Source: an uncultured Fibrobacterales bacterium
GTDB lineage: Bacteria > Fibrobacterota > Fibrobacteria > Fibrobacterales > CAWVXU01
Length of the DNA stretch: 14,166 nucleotides
Reading direction: 5' to 3'
Assembly: GCA_963934255.1 (NCBI GenBank)
Contig: CAWVXU010000068.1
Coordinates: 1-14,166 of the forward strand
The translations under genes were made by a program, and so were the position numbers. How positions within the stretch are numbered: position 1 is the first letter of the stretch; each line of letters begins with the position of its first letter. Positions 8,534 through 14,166 of the stretch are shown here, piece by piece. Below the pieces are notes generated by a model. That model did not search any database and was not told where the DNA came from. It was given only the letters and a program-made list of their open reading frames with translations.

Positions 8534-9865
8534 GTGAAGAAAATCATAAATTCCCTGGCTTTTATCGGCTTGGTAAGTTTAACAGCTTTAACAACTTTAA
8601 CAGGTTGTTCAGATGTACTAGAAACTGAGTACAAAAATGCCGACAACAAGGCTGACATTACATTTTATGTCACCTCGTCGGAAAATTCAGTACCACTTAA
8701 AAATGTTAAAATTTATCTCATATCTGAAAACCCTCAAATCTCAGAAAAGACCGATGAGAACGGAGTCCTCATTAGGAAAAAGTTCAGCTTGGGTAATTCA
8801 TATACCTTCCACATTGTCGCTGACGGATATGCAACACAAACGACAACAGTCACTATCACTAATGCATCAGGCAATGCAGACTACTCTATTGCCGGTAATG
8901 TCACTCAATCAATCATGATGTTCAAGCTTGACGGTTCAGCCTCAGGATCACTATTTGTATTGCAAAATGGAACCAAACTTCCAGCAAAAGATGCCATAGT
9001 TCGTGCTAATATTGCTTGTGCTACTTGTGATGTAAATTATGTAGAAACTAGTGTCCAAGCCGATGGAACGTATACATTTGATCAGCTTCCGCTTAACATC
9101 CCGGTTTCAATTGTAGGACAAAGCTTTACACTGAATGGAACTAGATATGCATCTGAGAACTTGGGAACAATCACTGCTTCTTCCGATGATGAAATATTTA
9201 TGACCGCGCTTGGCCAATATAATACACCTGCTGCTCAAGCTTTAGAAGCCTTAGCCACAGATATTGGTTCTGTCATCGGCACCAAGCCTGTTGATATTGA
9301 ATTTTCACAAGCAGTCGATGAGTCTAAAATCGGTTACAATGATATCCGCGTCACTCATGGCAATACAGTGGCAGTAGATGCTACATGGAATACTAATAAA
9401 ACCAAGGTTACACTGACACCATCTCAAGGCGTTTGGGAATCAGGCAAAAACTTCACTATTTTCTTTGATCTTGAATCAGAAGATGGTGATTTTTATAATG
9501 GCTCTGTAGATTTTAATACTTATGGTGCACTATCAGCATTTCAAAATCTTGAATTTGCCACATTGTTTGCTCCGGTTGATGCAGATTTCAGTCCAATTGT
9601 TGACGATAGAATCATTGTCCTTGGAAGTAATGAAACGATTACAGTTAAATGGGATGCCATTGACGGTGTAGCCGACTACCAAATCTATTTTATGGCTGAT
9701 GATGATGCTGCACTTGAGTATCTAACAACGACAAGTCAAACTACATACTCAACCAATATTAACCCGGGTGATGCTGATATAGACGCAGGTAATGCATATA
9801 TTCAAATCTGGGCTGAAAATGGTGAAAGTGTTGTTAAATCAAACATCATTAAAATAAGAGAATAA
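8534..9865 (+). CDS. Lipoprotein with tandem beta-sandwich domains (carboxypeptidase-regulatory-like, Ig-like Big_5-type, Fn3-like)
   Basis: GTG start with AGGAG at 8523-8527; lipobox LTGC. Motifs PLKNVKI...TDENG...YTFHIVADGY, ADGTYTFDQLP, IEFSQAVD...VTLTP and ITVKWDAIDGVADYQIY. Confidence 0.75.
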   Translation: MKKIINSLAFIGLVSLTALTTLTGCSDVLETEYKNADNKADITFYVTSSENSVPLKNVKIYLISENPQISEKTDENGVLIRKKFSLGNSYTFHIVADGYATQTTTVTITNASGNADYSIAGNVTQSIMMFKLDGSASGSLFVLQNGTKLPAKDAIVRANIACATCDVNYVETSVQADGTYTFDQLPLNIPVSIVGQSFTLNGTRYASENLGTITASSDDEIFMTALGQYNTPAAQALEALATDIGSVIGTKPVDIEFSQAVDESKIGYNDIRVTHGNTVAVDATWNTNKTKVTLTPSQGVWESGKNFTIFFDLESEDGDFYNGSVDFNTYGALSAFQNLEFATLFAPVDADFSPIVDDRIIVLGSNETITVKWDAIDGVADYQIYFMADDDAALEYLTTTSQTTYSTNINPGDADIDAGNAYIQIWAENGESVVKSNIIKIRE

Positions 9866-9903
9866 GAATTTCGTTTATCTAGTATACACTAGGTGATTAT
9901 TTT

Positions 9904-9935
9904 AAAGCACTACTTCTTTCGAGGTAGTGCTTTTT
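9904..9935. terminator. Bidirectional rho-independent terminator
   Basis: AAAGCACTACTTC-TTTC-GAGGTAGTGCTTT(TT) stem-loop (GAAA loop on the minus strand) with A/T tracts on both sides, between convergent ORFs. Confidence 0.85.
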
Positions 9936-10008
9936 CATTATGAGTAAAAGAAACTACTAAAATATGAATGGTATTTTTTTCGTGTAAATGAATTCCTCGC
10001 GCTAATAA

Positions 10009-10209
10009 TTAGGGAAAAAGTGGACCTCGAAAGTCAAATTCAAAAGTTCTAGAGTTTTTACTGTGGTCAACGCCTGTGTTTTTGTCAAAAAATGAACCTG
10101 AGCCATATTGTTCTTTTTTCGCATCATCCAATAAAGAAGCCGACCAAATAGAAGAATTTAATATTAATACTAGAGAACAAATCAAGGAGGTTAAGTTTAA
10201 AAACTTCAT
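10009..10209 (-). CDS. Small hypothetical secreted protein (66 aa) or gene remnant
   Basis: The ATG at 10209 gives a signal-peptide-like N-terminus MKFLNLTSLICSLVLILNSSIWSA. No recognisable domain and no clear RBS. Confidence 0.35.
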   Translation of the reverse strand: MKFLNLTSLICSLVLILNSSIWSASLLDDAKKEQYGSGSFFDKNTGVDHSKNSRTFEFDFRGPLFP

Positions 10210-10339
10210 TACTTCGAACCTTTTCACAACAACACGAACCCCACAGGATATCATCTCAGTCTTAGAACAAAAAAATCGTCCCATTAGAACGATCTTATCT
10301 CTATTTGTTTAATGGATCATTATAATCAAACGAACCCGA

Positions 10340-10711
10340 TTATGCCACAAGGGCATTTTCTCTCTTTTTAAAAGAGACATAACTTATAGTCCAAAGTACT
10401 AGTGCCACACCAGCACCCACTGCTTTACCATCACCTATAGCAATGTGTGCAGCACCTGCTAGAAGAAAGTTGAATAAGAAGCCTGCGTAAGCAAATTCCT
10501 TTAAAAACTTTACTTTATTTGTCCAAATCGCAGTTATTCCAAGTAACTTCACTACAGCTAGTGGTATCACAACGTAACCTGGGTGTCCCAAGGTTTCAAA
10601 CAATTGACTCATCGTTTCATAATCAAAAATATAACGCCCCGCTGACATGAACATCATTACACTCAATAGTCCAGTACTTACATAATTTGTAATCTTTAAA
10701 GCTTTCATCAT
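10340..10711 (-). CDS. DoxX family membrane protein
   Basis: Four hydrophobic segments; motifs F..LGHPGY, KLLG, LKEFAYAGF.F.FL.A..AH...GDG; GGAG RBS upstream. Confidence 0.85.
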   Translation of the reverse strand: MMKALKITNYVSTGLLSVMMFMSAGRYIFDYETMSQLFETLGHPGYVVIPLAVVKLLGITAIWTNKVKFLKEFAYAGFLFNFLLAGAAHIAIGDGKAVGAGVALVLWTISYVSFKKRENALVA

Positions 10712-10841
10712 TCACTCCGTCTTCATTCGGGTGCTTGACACCCATTTCTTTACTAACGCAAAGTTATATTACATGTAAACTATTTACAAGGCTTTTTTTA
10801 ATATTATCCATTTTTATAGAGTATTGTAAAAAAGGGGATTT

Positions 10842-11834
10842 ATGCCAACTGCTAAAGTAAGAGTCAGAGAAATTGAAGCCACCGGACATATCGCACTTCA
10901 GTATTTTCAAGATGTTGCCATTAGTGGGAATGAGCGGCCCAAACCAAGTGATGAGCTCATCGCTAAATGGGAAGCTAGTATTGAACTTCTCTGTAAATTG
11001 ACACAAGCTAAGGTTGGGCGTATCACCCAAATTAGCGAATCTCAGATGAGTACTTTAACCACCTACTTCTCTGAGGACACTCTACCTAAATTTGAATCAG
11101 TTATTCCTCTTGGTCTTGCATCATATAGCGAAACCATCATAGGGACCAACAGCAGTCTTTATATAAAAGATGCTACATCAATTCCTTTGTGGGAAAACAA
11201 TTTTGATCTAAGATCGGGCTACAAGTCTATTATTGGGGTTCCAATAGAATGGCCAAGTCATGAGACTTTTGGAACTTTAGAGTTACTCAGTAACCAGCCA
11301 CTCGAACTCAGTAGAATTCAACAAGCATTAATTGGAGAATTCCAAGTATCCATTTTGGGAGATCTTCGTCAGCTTCATCTCGAATCACAATTGGAGTTTT
11401 TCACAACGATTGACCCATTAACACAAGTATCGACTAGACGAACTATTCAAGACCAACTCGAGTTTGAGTTTATGCGCGCTAGACGGACGCGAAGCCCCTT
11501 TGCAATTGGCTTTATTCACCTTACCAACCTCAAGGATATCAACCGTGATCAAGGCAACCCTGTAGGTGACGCAACACTTGAAGATGTAGCCACAGCAGTT
11601 GTCGAAACATCAAGAGCAACAGATAGTCTAGGCCGGTGGAGCGATGCTCATTTTTTATTAATTTGTCCAGAGACAGGGACTTCAGGTCTTGAGACAATGA
11701 AGTCAAAGCTCAATTCTCAACTTGATGCATTTACGTTTACTGAAAAAGTCGAACCTCAAATTGAAACTCAATGGATCCTCATCGAAGGACAAGACAAATC
11801 AATCGAAGAAATCTTGCATCATTTAAAATTCTAA
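10842..11834 (+). CDS. GAF domain + degenerate GGDEF domain protein
   Basis: GAF part LYIKDA...W..N.D...GYKSIIGVPIEWP..E.FGTL. GGDEF fold DPLTQVSTRR, LKDIN..QG..VGD..L, but the signature reads RWSDAHF. Confidence 0.85.
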   Translation: MPTAKVRVREIEATGHIALQYFQDVAISGNERPKPSDELIAKWEASIELLCKLTQAKVGRITQISESQMSTLTTYFSEDTLPKFESVIPLGLASYSETIIGTNSSLYIKDATSIPLWENNFDLRSGYKSIIGVPIEWPSHETFGTLELLSNQPLELSRIQQALIGEFQVSILGDLRQLHLESQLEFFTTIDPLTQVSTRRTIQDQLEFEFMRARRTRSPFAIGFIHLTNLKDINRDQGNPVGDATLEDVATAVVETSRATDSLGRWSDAHFLLICPETGTSGLETMKSKLNSQLDAFTFTEKVEPQIETQWILIEGQDKSIEEILHHLKF

Positions 11835-11890
11835 ATAGATTGAGTACCATAGAGACTTTAGCCCTAGCTGCTCTCGAAGCTATTACTTAC

Positions 11891-12049
11891 AACGTTTAAA
11901 CGTTTTTTCAAATTTGCTTTGAGAAAAATTTTCGTGCACAGCACGAAAATGGGAGCTCCTTGCGGGCGGGCTGCGCCCTGGGCTCCATACACTGAGCCGA
12001 GTTTGGATAAAGAGTGTGTGGCGAGGCCTAGCCATGGGAAATGGCTAGG
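11891..12049. repeat. Cluster of palindromes/hairpins downstream of the FISUMP gene
   Basis: AACGTTTAAACGTT (11891-11904, perfect palindrome); TTTTTTCAAA/TTTGAGAAAA (11903-11927, 1 mismatch); ATTTTCGTGC-aca-GCACGAAAAT (11928-11950); GGAGC..GGGCG-ggctg-CGCCC..GCTCC (11952-11986); CCTAGCCAT-gggaa-ATGGCTAGG (12027-12049). Confidence 0.85.
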
Positions 12050-12239
12050 TATCCTTTAGGCACCTAACGGAGCTAACGTAGTCCCCATGGCCGAAGAGGC
12101 GGTAGAAGTAATCATCGCCTGAGTGCAAGCTGCGGTACCATGCGTAACTGCCACTCTTCTCAGAGGAAGACCACCAGAAGCCGTTGTCGCCTAGGTCGTT
12201 GAAGTCACCATCGGAGTTACGGTAGCCACCTGGGAGGCC
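12045..12239 (-). other. Putative DGR variable repeat (VR) at the 3' end of the FISUMP gene
   Basis: Abrupt enrichment of NNC codons: hand count 36/64 versus 27/135 in the rest of the gene. It sits in the C-terminal ligand-binding segment, with a hairpin at the stop codon. No TR or RT in the window. Confidence 0.65.
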
Positions 12240-12644
12240 TGAGAATCCAAATTCATCAGTGCCATTCATTGATCTAGCTTTGAGGGTTTTGCCAAGCTGA
12301 ACGTAACCATATATATCCATAGCTGAAAGACCTGCCTCTCTAGCTACATACTTTGCCAATTGCTCCCACTCATCATCACTAGGCAAATGCCAACCACTTG
12401 GGCACGAACTTTTAGCAGAGGACCAAGTGTAAAGGCGACCGTATTTTTTACAATTACTTGAGTCATTATCATAACACCAAGAATCACTTGTTTCAAAATT
12501 TAAGTTTTCAGCCATCCAGACTTGGGAGCCGATTTGGGTGGTTTTATATTGCTGAGCATCTCTAGAGTCTTTCAATGAATTGATTTTGGACTCTTTACAA
12601 GAGGATAGCATCAAGATGAAAGTGAGTGTAAGGATTTTAAACAT
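12045..12644 (-). CDS. FISUMP (Fibrobacter succinogenes major paralogous) domain lipoprotein
   Basis: Lipobox LSSC; motifs D.RD.QQYKTTQIGSQVWMAENLN, YGRLYTW, CPSGWHLPSDDEW, FGFSGLPGGYR, FWWSSS and SVRCLKD. Confidence 0.93.
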   Translation of the reverse strand: MFKILTLTFILMLSSCKESKINSLKDSRDAQQYKTTQIGSQVWMAENLNFETSDSWCYDNDSSNCKKYGRLYTWSSAKSSCPSGWHLPSDDEWEQLAKYVAREAGLSAMDIYGYVQLGKTLKARSMNGTDEFGFSGLPGGYRNSDGDFNDLGDNGFWWSSSEKSGSYAWYRSLHSGDDYFYRLFGHGDYVSSVRCLKDT

Positions 12645-12888
12645 GGAATACCTAGGGTAAAGCTAAAGTCAGTGAATGTCATAATTATACTATTTAATCT
12701 GGATGACGTAGGGGGAAATTTGGACTTCATTGAGTGCTCGCTTTTCATTAAAGTCATTTAGAATATTGAACTTTTAAATGAATTGGCCACTCTTTGTCTT
12801 GAGTCCAAACTACTTTGTAGGAGTAACACATAGCACAAAAATAATTCCTACATTGAGCTATATAACCACTTAGATAAAGAAACTTTAA

Positions 12889-13359
12889 ATGATTCACTTA
12901 TTCTCCTTAAATAACGCAAAAATACTCATTTTGATCAGCATCTTAGGAGTCAGCTCCTGGTCACAAAAAATCACTGATTTCTACAGTCATTTTGGGATGA
13001 ACCCGATTGAGACAGCTCTTGCAAACAAACAACCAGCCCCTAATATTACTGGGCTTCAATTAGACAATGCACGCGGAATGTTTATGATTATTGACTCTAA
13101 CACACTCACCTTAGATATTATGGGAATGCAAAAAAAATCACTTTGCAAAGACCATAAAATTGCCGCATCTAAAATGACCATGACATGTACTGTGGACGAC
13201 AAAACAGATTACATGATTCTTTCTCTTAAAGATGGCAAATTACATGTGATCAAAAAAAAGGACTCAATCACCCTAGTCTTTGATAAACTCACTGACCTTG
13301 AATTTAAAAGTCGGCAAGAAAAAGCCATCGCAGCTCTCAAAATAATGACTGGAATGTAA
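12889..13359 (+). CDS. Hypothetical secreted protein
   Basis: 156-aa ORF with signal-peptide-like KILILISILGVSSWSQ and a beta-strand-rich body; 3 nt from the next gene. Confidence 0.65.
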   Translation: MIHLFSLNNAKILILISILGVSSWSQKITDFYSHFGMNPIETALANKQPAPNITGLQLDNARGMFMIIDSNTLTLDIMGMQKKSLCKDHKIAASKMTMTCTVDDKTDYMILSLKDGKLHVIKKKDSITLVFDKLTDLEFKSRQEKAIAALKIMTGM

Positions 13360-13362
13360 AAC

Positions 13363-13710
13363 ATGGCAATTAAAGAATCACATGGAATCAAAGGGCTGAT
13401 TGCCGCCGTACTCATCGACATTGCAGGATATTCAACCTATATTTTCCCCGCTCTTGGTGAATTCGGCGACATTGTTTGGGCCCCCATATCAGCCTACCTT
13501 ATTTTTAAACTTTTCAAATCCAAGACAGGTGCTGCTATTGGCTTTGTTGAAGAGATTCTTCCTTTTTCAGATTTCATCCCCACGGCGACAATTATCTGGG
13601 TCATGAAACATTTTGAAATTGGCCCTTTAGGCAAGCGCAAAGGTAAGTTCGTGGATGGACTAGATCCTGATGACGAAATCCACCCTAAAGACAATGAAGA
13701 GACTTTGTAA
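13363..13710 (+). CDS. Conserved hypothetical membrane protein
   Basis: Hydrophobic segments with D..G...Y..P..GEFGDIVWAPIS and EEILPFSDFIPT motifs, resembling a small uncharacterised membrane family I recognise from Bacteroidota. Confidence 0.75.
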   Translation: MAIKESHGIKGLIAAVLIDIAGYSTYIFPALGEFGDIVWAPISAYLIFKLFKSKTGAAIGFVEEILPFSDFIPTATIIWVMKHFEIGPLGKRKGKFVDGLDPDDEIHPKDNEETL

Positions 13711-13819
13711 GAACTTGATATTATTTACGACAAATAAGACAGAAAACACAGCTCACACTGTAAAACAACTTTATAATTTATGACAACGATTAAAGCACAT
13801 CAAAATGAAGGATTTTAAA

Positions 13820-14166
13820 ATGGAACTATTAACACCTGAATCATTCAAAAAAAAGATCTTCGATTACACCAATGGTGGTGACTGGAACTTCCTTGGTGAA
13901 CACCCTGCAATTATTGATTTCTACGCAGATTGGTGTGGACCGTGTAAGATGCTAGGCCCAATTTTTGAGAAACTTTCTGCCGAGTTTGAAGGCAAAGTGA
14001 ATTTCTACAAAATTGACACTGAAGCTCAACAAGAACTGGCTCAAGTTTTTCAAGTCAGCTCTATCCCTTCAATCCTTTTTATACCTAAAGGAGCTGAACC
14101 TCAAATGGCTCAAGGCGCTCTACCTGAGCACGCCCTTAGAGAAGCCATCAATGACGTTCTCAAACC
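13820..14166 (+). CDS. trxA: Thioredoxin (3' end runs off the window)
   Basis: Not in the ORF track. ATG at 13820 after AAGGA; translates MELLTPESFKKKIFDY...PAIIDFYADWCGPCKMLGPIFE...FYKIDTE...SSIPSILF, containing the WCGPC active site. Confidence 0.95.
   Translation, partial: MELLTPESFKKKIFDYTNGGDWNFLGEHPAIIDFYADWCGPCKMLGPIFEKLSAEFEGKVNFYKIDTEAQQELAQVFQVSSIPSILFIPKGAEPQMAQGALPEHALREAINDVLK

Noticed and set aside
11935..11948. TGCAC half-site as another LexA box
   Set aside because: The second half-site is absent, and it lies in a hairpin between convergent gene ends.
11891..12049. CRISPR array
   Set aside because: The hairpins differ in sequence, and there is no repeat-spacer periodicity or cas gene.
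12062..12068. Integron attC core site (GTTAGGT on the minus strand)
   Set aside because: It lies inside the SVRC codons, has no matching attC partner box, and there is no integrase or cassette array.
3788..12644. Functional link between the dnaE2/imuB mutasome and the hypervariable FISUMP gene
   Set aside because: They are separated by unrelated genes. The NNC pattern fits RT-based adenine mutagenesis rather than translesion synthesis, so proximity is the only evidence.
8637..13694. Small ORFs 8637-8918, 10076-10312, 10764-11030, 13209-13421, 13400-13606, 13494-13694
   Set aside because: Shadow ORFs of better-supported genes with no recognisable features.
13780..13818. 12-codon ORF upstream of trxA as a leader peptide
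   Set aside because: No attenuator structure or biased codons; likely chance.
1..14166. Complete DGR cassette (RT, TR, avd) in the window
   Set aside because: No ORF has RT motifs, and by eye I found no second, adenine-rich copy of 12045-12239.

Overview
Bacterial chromosomal window, AT-rich, with several signs of Fibrobacterota: a FISUMP protein, T9SS-like C-terminal tails and a Fibrobacter-type LexA box. In order it holds: a secreted GH19 chitinase divergent from a secreted alpha/beta-hydrolase + Asp-box protein; a minus-strand dnaE2 -> imuB-like mutagenesis operon with a LexA box over the dnaE2 start codon; a multi-domain lipoprotein with a bidirectional terminator; a small secreted ORF; a DoxX protein; a GAF + degenerate-GGDEF protein; a FISUMP lipoprotein; two hypotheticals; and a partial thioredoxin. 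The most striking signal is the 3' end of the FISUMP gene. It has the NNC codon signature and stop-overlapping hairpin expected of a diversity-generating retroelement (DGR) variable repeat, but I found no reverse transcriptase or template repeat in the window, so it is a candidate remote DGR target. All assignments come from motif reading by eye, not database searches.
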